Below, piece after piece: positions 12,543-26,471 of a stretch of 64,000 nt of DNA. The stretch spans positions 1,426,001-1,490,000 of the forward strand of contig CM074820.1 of assembly GCA_037447605.1 (NCBI GenBank), in the 5' to 3' direction. The notes under the pieces were generated by a model. The model saw nothing but the letters and a program-made list of their open reading frames with translations. It did not search any database and had not been told where the DNA came from. Source of the DNA: Zygnema circumcarinatum SAG 698-1b (lineage: Eukaryota > Plantae > Zygnematophyceae). The first letter of the stretch is position 1, and each line of letters starts with the position of its first letter. The translations under genes were made by a program, and so were the position numbers.

Positions 12543-15500
12543 ATGGCTGTCGCGAGGCACGCGGCTACGCTGCAGCTGTCGGGACTGCAGTCGGACAGCT
12601 GGTCAAGGAAGGGGTACGTGCAGCTGTTCTGGTGCTGTAGGACGAGCAGAGAGAGAGAACAGAGCGCATGGTGCAGCATTCAGTTGAATGATTGGGAGCC
12701 AAGATGCTGGGACCTGTTGCTCCAACATTCCTCTAACAACGCTCAAAGAGGCTTATTGTAGTGGTGGTGTGGTTTGACCTCCAGCACGCTTTAGACATTC
12801 TTGCATGATGATGTTACAACCGTGGTGTTGAAGCTATCGCTGGCCACAGCTCCAAATCTTCCACGGAGGCCCTCTCCCTCCCTCTCTCTCCTCCCTGCGT
12901 CTTCGTTCCTTCCTTTACTTTTTTTTTCACTTTGTCGTTCTTTTTTTTCCGCCTCGATTGATTGATTCTACCTACCAAGGTGTCGTCTGGAATCTCAAAA
13001 ACTGCTGCTAAGAAAACAGCTGAAGACAGGCTTCATTCCTGCATTTTGAATAGCTACGGGGCTGGACAATTCTGGGCAATGCAGGAGTGTCTTCAAGTCT
13101 ATTGCTTTGAACTTGATTTTTTTTCCTTGCTCAGTTTGTGGGGCTTGCAATGTTACAGGCATGGCCTTTCCTTTCTTTCCCTTTCAAACTTTGATTGAAG
13201 CTGTTTGTATAAAGACAAATGGCTAATTTTTAAATGATTCTTGGTTTTAGCTTTTACTCTGTTTTATTTTCACGGGCGGATGCAATGCACTACTTGCCAT
13301 CCATCTTGTTTGATAGTTCGGCAGAACAGGATTCGAGGACTCGTTATCTGGAGAAGTATGGACTTATGAATTGAGTGAAGAATCTGTGGAAACTGCACAG
13401 TTGAGGGAGCAGTGCTGGTGAAGATGACTTGTGCAATTTGAGTAGTAACACTGCAGCTGCAAAAGGTGTTTGCAGGCCGTCACAGAAAGGTGGTCAAGGT
13501 CAACTTTCATCATGACCTTTGTTGATTCACTGATAGGGAGTGAAATTGCATATTCCTCTTTCCAATGATAATCGCTTTGCGTTTAGACACACTAGTGCGA
13601 GGGCATTTCTCATTGCATATTTTTGTATTCTTGGTTGAACAGGAACAGTCAGAGAAGCCTTGCTAAACTGCAGATTAACTCCTTTGCTGGACTTCGAAAG
13701 TCAGACGCACTTGTGCGAAGCTCAAATGACCAGCTCGATTTTGTTGATCAGGTAACTTGAAACCTTTTATACGCGCTCTGTCCCCCTTTTTGTCTCATGC
13801 TCCCTCAAGAACGCCCTCAAGCAAACAGTCTTACAAGGCCATTAAATTGTTCATTTGTATAGCTCTTACTTGTCTGAGGAAATGTACCTAGCTCAGTGTG
13901 TTGCTGCATCAATACGCATTAACAGCACCAATATTCCAGGATTATCTGTGTGTATTTTAGCCAAAACTTGAAACTGAAGACGGCTGCATTTCTCAGCCCA
14001 AAGCGAGAGGGAAAACTGACCTGGGCTGCACGACGTTGTTCTAGAGTATTGGCTTGAAGATATTATAATGCAAAGGTTTCTCTTTTTGCTTAACTTATGT
14101 TGTTTCGCTTGCACGGGGATAGGTTCGGCACATCACAGCATGCAGGAGCTCCAGAAGAACTGTTATGGCAGTGAAGTCTGCATATGTTCCTCCAAAGAAA
14201 ATTCTCATGATGGGCGGTACCCGGTTTATTGGAGTGTATCTCGCTCGGCTTCTTGTGAAGGCTGGACATGAGGTGCGAGCAACCACCATATTAATCCTTC
14301 TGCAAGTATCGCATTGTGGAACATGAAATGAGAAGTTTATTTACGTGGCTGACTCATCATATTGGAGTTTGTACACTAGCCTCTACGAGTAAAAAAGTTG
14401 GCAATGGAGTGAATAAATGACCCAAGTAAATAAGAGCGACAAAGGCATCTGACATCTGCTTGAGATATGGGGTAAAGGGGAACTAAATTTACTTAATGTG
14501 TGGTCAATTTGTAACAATAAACGGCGGGGTTGGGTAGAGCCTCATTGGTGGAAATTCAGGCCAGATTCAATGGGTGAATGGATTAACTCTTAAATTCAAA
14601 CTCCACTTTTATGAAGGCAGAACAAAAGAATCATCATATTGTTCATTGCTCCAACACAGATTCAGGTGCAGCACTAAAAGCTTGCAAGCTATTAACCCTA
14701 GCACATTCCATCTAATCATTTTGTCTAAATAGTGGGTATGCATCACTTGGCCTGCACATGTGATGCATTTAACAGCAGAACGATTAGCTTAACCTTCTTG
14801 CTATTCATTTCCAATTCAAGTATCACCGTCCTTGTAGTGGAAGATGGACAAGGGCTTGGCTTGATAACTACTTTTCAACTTTTGCAGGTGTACCTTTTCA
14901 CGCGTGGGAAATCTCCGGTCACATCACAGCTGCCGGGAGAGTCTGACGCAGACTACCGAGCATATTGCAACAAGGTACTGCATGCTCACACTCTTGTGGG
15001 TCTGTTATAACGAGCTTATGGCGAGCATTATGAACGTTAGAGACCATGGCCAGGCCTTTTACATTAAATGAAAGACATCATCTGGGTATTAGCGTAAGGG
15101 CATCAGTTAGTGGGTAGCTGAATTGCATGGTGGATATCTTAAGATCCCGCAGGTCAGTGCTAGGTCTCCGTTCCTTGATATGGAAATTCAAGAAACGTTT
15201 TGACAATCTGTTCTGCAAGAAGGATATGTCCAGCAAATTAGTCCACTAAGGTCCTCGATATGGGATACTACATTGTGCAGGTGAAGCACATTAAGGGTGA
15301 CCGCAAGGACTACGCGGGCATGAAGGCACTCATCTCCAGAATGAATTTTCAAGTTGTGTACGACATTAACGGTGAGGAGAAAATGTAGTAGCGTGTCTGA
15401 CGGGAATCTCACTCTAAGGCTCAACAATGCTCACCAGGAGAGGTAGTCAATAGAGCCGGTAGTAAGCGTTCTGACGAAATGAGCTTTTCGTTGCTTATCT

Positions 15501-17465
15501 GCAAAACTTGCTTTTCTATATCTCTATGCCGTTCGTCCAGAAAGGAATTGCATTAGGAAAGGGAACTCCATTCCAGCTTGCACTTCAGCTGCTGCTGCGT
15601 ACATCGGAAATTGCATTTTCTCTGCTACCTTCTGCCAAATTCACCATTCACTTATGCTCACTGCCACTCTGTAGTCCAGCCGAGGTTCTTTTTCCTCTCT
15701 TCCATTTCCACAAATGAACCTCTTCAAAAGTGTTCTCGACTGTTCTTAACTTTCTCAGTAACGATCCCAACTTACATGCTTCGGCAGCATAGTGCAGAAG
15801 ACAAACAGTCCTTGATGCACGCTTTTTTCCATGCAAGGTCCACAGGTAGAGATGCGGAGGAGGTTGCACCAATCCTTGATGCAATCCCTAGACTGGAGCA
15901 GTAAGTTCAACTAGAGCCAATTTCTATCTTTTTTGAAAGGAATGGGTATCAGTTTCTCAACACCAACGTGGTAAAAACTTGCTTTTGATGAAGAGGATAT
16001 TTGCTTTGAATTTTCTGGGCGCATCAAACGTTGCTTCATGACATCTGGATGGATCTCCTGATTCTGTTAAGTCCTTTGATATCTTATCAAATTATTTAGA
16101 CCTTCGAAATGTTTGGAAGTGGATAGTGGCCATGGATGAGTATTCCTGTCATCTTCTAATGGTTTTGGAAGTTCATGCCCTCACTGCATAGATCGAGATG
16201 GAAAGATGAGCCTTAATCATTGTTGGAGACATCTCATGCTTTCCATTCTTTTCCATTGCAGATACATCTTTTGCTCATCAGCAGGTGTCTACCTCAAGTC
16301 AGACCAGCTCCCACATCGCGAGGTAACTTCCATGCCTGAACTGCACTGCATGAATGCTTCATGTAAGCTTGTACCGGAATGTTCTGCTACATGCTGCTTT
16401 CCCTATTTGCGAAGGAGTTCTTGAAGTTTCGAACTGCTCTACCCTTTGCTTGCTTTCATGGCACGATATTCGTAAACTGTGTTTGCTATCCAACAGCATC
16501 CTTTATCAAAAAGTGAAATTATTATTGACGTTGCAGGTGGACGCAGTAGACCCTAAGAGCCGGCACAAGGGTAAGCTTGACACTGAGGACCTTTTGGCAG
16601 CACGAGGCGCTCCATGGACCTCCGTTCGGCCAGTTTACATTTACGGACCGCTTAACTACAACCCTGTAGAGGAGTGGTTCTTCCAGCGCCTTGCAGCTGG
16701 CAGACCTGTCCCCATTCCCAGCTCAGGGATGCAGGTCACCCAACTCGGCCATGTGAAGGTGGGGCCATGGAAGCTCGTTTGGGCTGCAGCATTACTTCCT
16801 TCAGAGCATTTGCACCTGAAACTCTGAAAGCCCACCCAGCTGCAGTTCCATTCCTGTTAAGAACGTCTGAGAGGGAATGTGCAGTTCCGAAGATGTGCAG
16901 GGTTTTCTCTTTTCACATGGAAGTGCTGTTTCTGCAATTTCTGCAGGATTTGGCACGGGCCTTCGTACTTATGTTGGGGAACGAAACAGCTCTTGGGCAA
17001 GTGTACAATATTTCTGGGCCCAAGTATGTCACCTTTGATGGCATCGCCAACGCATGCGCCAAGGCCATGGGCCTGCCTCCCCCGCAGCTTGTACACTTTA
17101 ATCCCAAGGAGTTCGATTTTGGAAAGAAGAAATCGTTCCCTCTGAGGGACCAGGTGACGATTCCCCCATTTCCCATTTCTAATTAAAGGCCCTAAAGTCC
17201 TCATCTTCTCAAAGTCGACGCTTTTTGTACAGGCCATTGGAGTAAAAATTGATCAAATGGGTTTTCTATGCTGCAGCATTTCTTTGCATCAAATGAGAAG
17301 GCGGAGAAAGAACTCGGCTGGACTCCGGAATTCGGGCTGGTGGAAGGTCTGAAAGACTCGTACGATTTGGACTTCGGAAGGGGCACATTCCGGAAGGCGG
17401 CGGACTTCAGTACTGATGACATGATCTTGGAGAAGCTCGGGGTCAAGATACCTGTGTCTGTGTAA
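12543..17465 (+). CDS. CSP41B: Chloroplast stem-loop RNA-binding protein CSP41b (NAD-dependent epimerase fold)
   Basis: 10 exons. Transit peptide, then KKILMMGGTRFIGVYLARLLVKAGHE, VYLFTRGKSP, YIFCSSAGVYLKSD, DAVDPKSRHKGKL...RPVYIYGPLNYNPVEEWFF, FDFGKKKSFPLRDQ, HFFAS...FGRGTFRKAADFSTDDMIL. Confidence 0.96.
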
Positions 17466-17843
17466 AGAATGTGTGGCTGCAGGGCTGCAGATATGCAGAA
17501 ATGCTCTGGAACCGCCAGTAGAGGCTGAGCAGGAGCATGTGAACGAGGCAGTGCAGGAATGTGCAGCTAAGCATAGGTGGTATTTCCTGGTAAATTATTT
17601 TCAGTGTTTTTATGATTGGATTTGTCCAAGTTTCGTATAGTGGTAATAGGCAGCAAGCTGCAAACAATCCAAGACATTCACCTTCCGTGTTGGGTTGGGC
17701 AACGAGGCTGCTTTGATAGTTTCTGCTTTGAGCTGTGCGCTCCATGCACGAGTGTGGTGGCGAAGGAGGGAGAGGGAGGGAAGCCACAAGAGCTTCTCGC
17801 GGCTATCTACTGTAAAAAAATCGCAATGTTAGCCCTGGCATAT

Positions 17844-18189
17844 TCAACGGTCAAAATCCCAAAGTCAGGCACGGCCAACGGTTGGTGTCGTGCGTGTGGT
17901 ACACGTGGCATATGTGACGGCTACAGTACAAGCCCACGTCCTGCACGTCGGCTGTCCAACGGTCACAACTCGCAAAAGGTTCACGTGACAGGACCTATCC
18001 AACGGCCATAAATCCTGCTTGTATTTATCCAACGGCCAAACCCCCCCACAAACGCACGTGGCATATCCAACGGGCAAAAGCTCACAATCTCTTACGCGGC
18101 TGCCCAACGGTCGTTATCCCGCGATGCACACACGAAACGTCCAACGGCCGCAAGCAACGAATGCCGCTCGTGGCGATCGAACCATGCAT

Positions 18190-18244
<55 letters not shown>

Positions 18245-18332
18245 GCCGTACCGTACATAGGGCGTAGGGCGTAGGGTTACTGAACTGCGGTCGACTCGCG
18301 GGCCGCGGCTCAACGGTTGGTTCCGCCAACGG
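17844..18332 (+). promoter_or_regulatory. Cluster of 10 same-strand CAACGG (MSA-like) motifs plus G-boxes, upstream of gene C
   Basis: CAACGG at about 17845, 17876, 17957, 18000, 18030, 18068, 18105, 18142, 18312 and 18327. Function is inferred only. Confidence 0.4.
18184..18243. repeat. (CATGCC)n microsatellite
   Basis: About 10 tandem hexamers. Confidence 0.95.
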
Positions 18333-19634
18333 TTGGACGCGCCCAGCCGCAGGCCGGCCTGGCCCTGGCCCCCTGACCTTCTGACTTTTCGCAGGACCGA
18401 ACTCGGCACAGGCACAGGCCAAAACAAAATGGGGAGCATTTTGGGTGTTATCCGACGGCGGACATCGCCTTGAATCCGCGCTGGAGTCCACGTGGCGTTA
18501 TCCTGGCCGTCTAACCCCACGCCCTGCCTCTCTGCCTGCCTGCCTGAAAGCGCCCGCCGCCCATCGTCTCCCGTCTTGTCCCTGCCGTACGGTTCGTACC
18601 CCCTCGAGCCGCGCTTCGCACGAGCGAGGCACTGTCCTCGAATCAGGATCTGCCATTTGTTATCTCGCACGAGCGAGTCAGTGTGCAGGCGGCCGCCCCC
18701 CTCTCACGCCCGCTCCGCCTGGCGCCCCCTCTCTCTCCCTTCCTCCTTCCCTCCCTCCCTCCCTCCCTACCTCCCTCGTCCTCCCTCGTCCTCGCCCGCC
18801 TGGACGTACGGGCGGAGCTTGCGGCCATGAGGGCGCAGGCGTGAAGTTGTCGAGGTACTGTATGCGGAGCGGGCGATGGCTGGGGGGGGTGGGGGGGGGG
18901 GGGGGGGGGNNNNNNNNNNGGGGGGGGGGGGGGGGGGGGGGGGTGGGGATGCTGAGGGAGTGGCCGATGTGAAGGAGTTGAGTTTATAGTTGAAAGTGTC
19001 TGCGACGCTCCACTGCAACGTCTGTTCGGATGCTCGCGTCACATCAGGAGCATTTGTTGGAGACGTAGCGGGTGCTGCGCTGCTGTCTTTCTGTTGCGAT
19101 TGTGGAAAGTGGAGCATGGATAATGACTGCAACGTCAAGCTGTTTGCATGCAGGAGGCTCAAGTACTGCTGTCAGAGGTTGATTTCTTTACTTATTTTTT
19201 AGTTCTTTTGTAGTTCCTTACTGCAATTTCGTTCATTTTGTTTCAGTAAACAAAATGCTTGTTTGAGCGCGAAGGCTGCTACAACATGCTACAGCATGAT
19301 CGAAGTAAAACATAGCACTCGACGAGTACTTTCGACAGAGTAATTTTTCTCTACTTCTTGTGATGCACGTCCGAAAACTTTTTGTTTTATTGCATGACTT
19401 TAGAAATGTGTTGCGTTCCTTCATTTACCCACAGATCAAGTGAATTTCCAACTTCAGAGAATCGTATTATGCACTATGTAACCGGTGCAATGTGCATAGT
19501 TGGAGGTGCTGGGAAATCGTGGCGAATGTGGCGTCATGGAACTTTGACAATAATGCTTCTAAGATCTTTCCTCACACCAAGCACTTGTTTTCTGTGCAGA
19601 AATCCTTGTTACAGTGGAACAAGTGAGGACTAAC

Positions 19635-22600
19635 ATGTGGACTTTAGGAAGAAGCGCTGTGCTTGTATTGCTGACGATCAGCTTCCTAGCGGGGAAGCAG
19701 CAGTTAACAGAAGGAAAACGTTTAACCCCGCGTAGCGCACGGTGGAACTCCCGAGCATTGGAGATCTCTGAGGTAGAAGAGGAAGCTACTACACCTCGCT
19801 TATGTAGTTGGCAGCATTTTTGAACTTGAAAGATAAAAAAATCATGCATTGCCGTTATCGTAACTTGATTTCAGTTAGTTTGACTGCCCATTTCAACCTT
19901 CGTGATGATTTTTGGCACCTCTAAGTTGCAACAAGTCTTCTTCTGCTATCAAGTTATCCTCCTAACAATGCACGTAGCTCTCACGGGTTACAGCTGTGGA
20001 TCGAGACATACGGGCTGCGTAACGGCAAAGCTCCGCCTGAGAATGTAAATATTTGGAAGGATGGAGAGTCGGCTGTGGGAGCAGATATTTGGAATGCTGA
20101 AAATGCGACGCAATTGCCATGGGCACCTCATCTGGAGGAATGCACAACTTTGACAAGAGAGAGGTTGAAGGTAGAAATGAGGGACTCTAGCGGTGCGGAC
20201 CCCCCCTGGGCTGACGTCGACAAACCATCATATCCAAAGCCTCCGTGGGTATGTATGCATCTCTTTGTAATCATTACGTCTTTGGAATTCGACTTTTGTT
20301 AACTTGGCTAAAAGTAAAGGATTTCTTGTCTATGCTGGTTGTTCTTTTCTATGCAGGTGAAGGGAGCAGATGACGACAATCTGGCTGAATTAAGGAGAGT
20401 ACAGACTGACATTTGGCTGCACCAATTCCCTGTAGACTGCGAAGACCCCAAACACAAATTTGTGGTTGTCAGATGGGGCAAACATCTCAACCATGGCTTT
20501 GGTTCCCAAATTCATCTCATGGCATCAGCTTTGAACTTTGCGCTCGCATATAACAGAATCTTGGTCCCCCAAGAAAACACATTCTCTCGAGCAGAGCATG
20601 ACGACTGCCAAGGTGGGAATTTGCTTTACTCTCCATCTGTGTCTCCTCCTCTTTCAATCTCCTTGAACCTCCTTACTCGTCTTTCTTTTCCCCTGCCTCA
20701 GTTCCGGAGAATATATTCTATTGGAATCAACCAGAGCATTGTCTTGCTGTCTTTGGCTTCGATCAAGAAAACTATGCATATGAAATGGCTTTCAAGAGAA
20801 TGGTGTATGTTTGATATCATTCGTGCAAGTAATTGATGAACACCAACGGTTGGTTTCATCGCGTGTACGGCTGCAGGAGCTAACTATGCGTCTTCCAATT
20901 GCTATTTCTTTCCCATCACATCACCGCAGTGTGAGAGAGTAGCCATGGAGCTTTATAAGGAGCCTACGGAGAGAGCCAATAAATGGAACGTATGGAGTCT
21001 CCTTGCCTCTGATATGCGGTTGGTGAAAGTGGGAGAATGGATTACGAACATAAGGGACAACACCACCTTCTCGTAAGCTTGCAGCTGAACTCGACCATTC
21101 GACAGTAAGCTAGCATGGTAAAGGAGGGGAGCTGCGTGGTATTTCAAGCAAGCAGGGAAACTGGGATGTGAGGGTGGATTGGATTTCTCTTCCAGTAAGG
21201 CGTGAAACTGATTTGGTTGGGACTGTATGCTCCTCGTGGCAGCAAATGGGGGGCTCCATGGAAGCAAGAGGAGGACCCGTTTGAGCAGCTAGGAACGAGC
21301 CAACCGATGACTCAGGTACAGACATGAAAATGGAGAACTCTAATTTCACTCACATAGAGGTGTTGTGATATGTGAATTGAGCAGAACTGGAGAATAGCCC
21401 GTCCACAGGTGATTAGTTAGCTTTAATCGCTTGGTTGCTTGCTGTTTCTCTCCCTGAACCGGTCAGATATTTTAGCACACCCTTAGTGTACACGTAGCTC
21501 CTTATGCCTTGACAACAACGATTTTCAATTTCTGAAATGTACACATTTCATCTTAGGCGTGCGTAGGTGAAATGTGTAAGTTAGAAGACATGATTATCAG
21601 CGAGTTATAAGGGTGATGCCTTAGCAGAAATGATTTTGCAGACTAGACTGAAAGCATATTAGAACTTGTCGAGCTTGGTTCGAAGTCCTTTCTTCTGGAG
21701 GTTTTGCGTAGTTCTAAAATCGCTGAGGTTTTAATTCAGTGAGTTCCTCATTCAGAAGCAGCTCAGTCAACAACATCATTCTCCGATTGCTGATTGGCTG
21801 ACAGCCTGCATGTAGTGCTATGCAGTCTAGCTCACTGGCACATGAACCTCCCTGCGATGCATTTTGAAGCATTGTCACATTTTGGTACATGAACTGCATT
21901 GACTGAACTAAACTGAACATTTACTCACTACTTATTTCCCATTCCCATTTCCATTCCCGCTCTCGCTCCCGCTCTCTCTCCCCCTCCCTCTCCCCCTCCC
22001 ACTCCCACTCCCACTCCCACTCCCACTCCCACTCCCACTCCCACTCCCACTCCCACTCCCACTCCCACTCCCACTCCCACTCCCTCTCCCCCTCCCACTC
22101 CCACTCCCACTCCCACTTCCACTCCCACTCCCACTCCCACTCCCACTCCCACTCCCACTCCCACTCCCACTCCCACTCCCATTCCCACTCCCACTCCCAC
22201 TCCCACTCCCACTCCCACTCCGTCTCCCTCTCCCTCTCCCTCTCCCTCTCCCACTCCCACTCCTACTCCCACTCCCACTCCCACTCCCACTCCCACTCCC
22301 ACTCCCACTCCCACTCCCACTCCCACTCCCACTCCCACTCCCACTCCCACTCCCACTCCCACTCCCACTCCCTGCATCCCTTTTTCCCAAGGCAGCTTTC
22401 TTCTAGAGCTGCTCGAATGTACTCGGTCAAGTATCCATTTTCCTCATTGTCGTTTATGACTCTGGAAGAGTAAAGGACGTTATTGGTTAGCTGCATGCAC
22501 GACAAACTTCAGGAGAAGTCTGACCACGACCTCAGGTGTCTATCATTATGCAGTGCGACTTCTTCCGAAATGTGCAGCTTTTTCATTTCAGATTCAGCTT

Positions 22601-23676
22601 CAAATCCAAAACAATTTGACTGACTGAGCTTACTGTTGTGCTGCAGAATCTATGGTGGAGAGGGCAAGCAGTCCGCTTTCTGATGCGTCATCCCTCCGCA
22701 TACCTCTGCCATCTCATGAACCGTGCTCGCCATGATGCATTTGGCCTCCACGTGGCCATGCGAATTGCAGCTGCGGAAGATTCTTTACGGCACGTGACTT
22801 TGATGAGCCGCAGAGCCTCTGAGGACGAATTCCTTGCACTGAAAAACATCAACTTGAAAACTTCTCCTCTTGAAGCAAGCCTGTGGCGGAACAGGGAACC
22901 GTACATGCCGCGGCCCATAGTGAGCGTGCATGTGAGACTGGGAGATAAAGCAGCAGAGATGAAACTCTTCAGCATGGCTGCACACATGTGGCTCGCTGAA
23001 AGGCTTCGTCTCCATGTTCCTCACCTTCACGCAGTCTGGCTCAGTACTGAAGTTGAGGTGAGTCCTTCAACCTGCTCCGAATAGGAGCTTATATTTGTAA
23101 CTTTTTGTCTGGTATATATGTGTCTCATGTCCTGTTTTTCCTCTTTTAACGATGAATACAGATCTGGCAATCCCATTCATAGAGAATCACGAGGCGGAAA
23201 TAAGAGAAAGAGAACAGCTCTTCTTTGTAAATGAAAAGAGTGCAGTTTAAAAAAACAACCAGTGCAACCACTTCCAGTTGAAGTCTCTCTCTCTCCCTCC
23301 CGCTTTTGAAACCTTCTTTCCTGCAATCTTTTGTTTATGTTTGTTCTGTTGTCAATTGATCCACAAACTACTTTCTTACCGTCCTTTGCTTTTGCAGAGT
23401 GTGATTAAAGAGACGAGCCTCTATCCAAACTGGGCCTTCTACTACACCAATGAACCGCGAAGCAATGGCACTGTAGAAAGTCACGCGTACTTTCACGACC
23501 CCGCAAACCAGGCAGCCATGGAGGGCAGCTACATAGTTAACCTCATGATTGCTTCAGAGTGTGATTACTTTGTCGGGACACTCGGCTCAAACGGCCCACA
23601 GCTTGTGAACGAGCTGCGCATGACATCAGGGAAGAAATTCAGTGGTTTCTTGACCCTTAATGAGATCTTCTGGTAG
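19635..23676 (+). CDS. Alpha-1,6-fucosyltransferase-like (GT23-like; homolog of Arabidopsis At5g28910) paralog C
   Basis: Signal-like N-terminus [20 protein letters not shown]. Motifs [12 protein letters not shown]...[89 protein letters not shown] and [14 protein letters not shown]. Confidence 0.88.
21938..22372. repeat. (CCCACT)n/(CCCTCT)n hexamer array in an intron of gene C
   Basis: About 70 tandem hexamers; source of the GV/SG/EW repeat ORFs. Confidence 0.96.
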
Positions 23677-25309
23677 AGCTGTATCGGACAGATGAACCGA
23701 GAAAAGGGAGTGGGTGGGTGGGGGGGGGGCGCGGGCTGTGAGGGGGAGAAACATTCACGAGTGTGAGGAAAATAAAAGAAAGAACAGTGAAAGCTCTTTT
23801 TATTCAACAAAGTCAAGTCAGAACATTGTTGAAATTAAGTTCATTTCTGACACAAGTTGAAATGGGGTAAAACCCATCATTTAAGCCTGTAACCTGCTTT
23901 CTTACTTTCGCGCTTTTGAAACCAGCCTTGCGTAACAATTCCCCTTTACTTGGCTCTTGAAGGTGATTACTGCATCACGGGCGGTTTTTTTAATTTTACA
24001 AAGCAACTAATTATGGGAAAATCCTAAAAAACAAAAAAAACCCGGAGATCAGAAAATGTAAGTGCCGCTACCGGGTGTATCTGAAACCAATCAGCGTTAG
24101 CAGTGCTCATGTCTGAGGGGCTTATAGGGCTTCCCCAATTTTCTTTTTGACAAAATTTTAACCGAAAAGGGAAGTGAAAGAATTAGCCAGTTGCTATGCA
24201 GAATTTGATTTAGCGCTGTACGGAATTGATGAGGCAGAGTCTGTGGAATCTTGCATGGCTAGAATATGGAAATTTTGAGTCCATTGAAATTCGAAAGTCC
24301 AAAACGACATTCAGGGAGGGGGTCCACTTTACTTTCGTTCCAGCACTCGGCAATGACGGCTCGCCATGTGTGTGAAATAAATCCAAAAGGGTATGTGGCT
24401 GGCAACCATTGGGTTAATTGTAAACTATCAAATAGAAAAAGAAAAGCCCTCTCCCTCCCTAACCTTTCCCTATCCCTCTCCCCCTCTCCCTCTCCCTCTC
24501 CCCCTCTCCCACTTTCCTTCTTTCCCTCTGATATTCCCCTTACCTTAATCTATTGTTTTCATCTTCAGTGAAGGAGACCTCTCTGGCAACCAACCTCCTG
24601 TTTCTTTCCTTTCTATTTGGAGTCGGCCGGAGCCCTTGCCTTGCAAGATCACGGAGAGTGTGTTTACATTCAAAACAAGTCAAAATTCTCATTAAAACAG
24701 GCTACAATATTGCTGCGGATACAACGAGTGTTGCAATATCTCGGGTTGGAAACTTTTCCAAGTGTCAAAAGCTACGAGCAGGGGTTGGGCAGTGAAGATG
24801 CTTGCATTCCAATCATGGTTTGCAATGGAGCGAGAGAGTCCGACCATGCATTTTCATGTACAGACAGACATTTTGGTCTTGTAAGAAATAAGAGAATTGC
24901 GGCCTGTTCTTATAACATCGTCTCTAAAGCACGGGCATCCATAACATTCATTCCATATGAAACAGATTTCAGAAACCCAAACGCACACAGAGTCGTACGG
25001 ACAAGAAGATGCATACTCATGATCATCATCATGCTGTTGAACACAAACTACAAAAGGCGGCCTTGCGAACATGATCCAAACCTAGCGCCGTACGTGCCTT
25101 GGGAAGTGTCAAGTAAATTTTTCCTTGTCCTTTTGAAAACACCACTCATCGGGAACTTCAAGTGTAACTCTTACAATCACCCTTTCACACCTTTTCTTTT
25201 CTTTTTTTTTCTTTCCGCGTATAGGCAGGAAGGCAGGCAGAGATGGGATGAGAGGGAGGCGTACGGTACAGCAGCGGGAGCGCGTGCTTCCCGCACCCTC
25301 CTCGGCTTG

Positions 25310-25537
25310 GGAGGGAGGGAGGGAGGGAGGGAGGAGGGAGGGAGGGAGGAAGGGAGGGAGGAGGAGGAGGGAGGGAGGGAGGAGGGAGGGAGGGAGGGAG
25401 GAAGGGAGGGAGGGAGGGAGGGAGGGAGGGAGGGAGGGAGGGAGAGGGAGGGAGGGAGGGAGGGAGGGAGGGAGGGAGGGAGGGAGGGAGGAGGGAGGGA
25501 GAGGGAGGGAGGGAGGGAGGGAGGGAGGGAGGGAGGG
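25310..25537. repeat. (GGGA)n purine-rich simple repeat
   Basis: Tandem GGAG/GGGA units; source of the SLPP/REGG ORFs. Confidence 0.95.
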
Positions 25538-26471
25538 CGCTGGCGGGACGCGGGAGCAGGCGGGCCTCTCTCTCCCTCCCTCCCTCCCTCGGGCCATGGC
25601 GGCCGGCCGGCCGGGCGGGCTCCATTCCGTACGACCCCGTAGACGTTTGTACTGTACGACTTTGTACCGGACCGTACCATACGGTACGCGGCGCTCCGTC
25701 CGCGAAATACGGTTGACTTTGTCGTTTTCCATCGACCGGAAGCCCTGCAGATCCCGAGCCTCAGGTTCAGAATCACCATCATAAGTGGGCGGGCCATAGA
25801 AGAAAGATATGGTACGAAAAGGAGAACTACAATCTAATCGGAAGTCGTACTCTTGTAAAAAACTATAAATATCTGGAAAAAGTACGTGTTCTATTCTCAG
25901 ACGTAACCAAAAAACGAAATACCGTACGGACAATTTTTGAAATTTTTTGACATGCTCTAATCGTGTAGTTTATGTACGGCCAAGGGCTTTTACCCTGCTT
26001 CCACGTGGACAATCGGACGACGCCGATGAAAAAAGTCGCATCGGACGGCTCGAATTCACTTACGTTCTCTCCTTTTCTTCTCGAGGCACCACGTGTCAAT
26101 GCCATCGTCAGCCACATGCTGACACGTGTTGAAAAAGCGACGGCTGAGAGTAAGCTGATCGCCTCCGCGAATCAGCGCACTCCAAGATCCTGAACATCGT
26201 CGAAGCCGGCAATTGACCACCAGTGCCACCGACCACAATGATTTTACACGTGTTATGTCAGGCACAAATTACGGCAAGACCGTACGAACAAACCGTGACA
26301 TGAATAATAGCCTGTGCGATGCTGCCACGTGTCTTCAATCCGGCAAGTCACGACAGGTTTGGCCCACGCTACGCGACAAGCGCCGCCCGCCCCTCCCCTC
26401 TTGTCGGGGCGGAGGGCAAGGCCGTCCTCCCGTGCCTTCACCGAGCGGGCCCGCGGCCGATTAGGCCAGCC

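Noticed and set aside
18900-18945. Poly-G tracts with 10-N blocks (similar gaps near 48300, 52116 and 60258)
   Set aside because: These are assembly gaps in homopolymer or simple-repeat sequence; their length and content cannot be interpreted.
21928-22505. GV, SG and EW dipeptide-repeat ORFs
   Set aside because: Translations of the (CCCACT)n intronic microsatellite.
24617-25933. Long overlapping ORFs (341, 274 and 206 aa)
   Set aside because: Length comes from the stop-free (GGGA)n repeat. The unique parts match no family I recognise, and I could not build a splice model.
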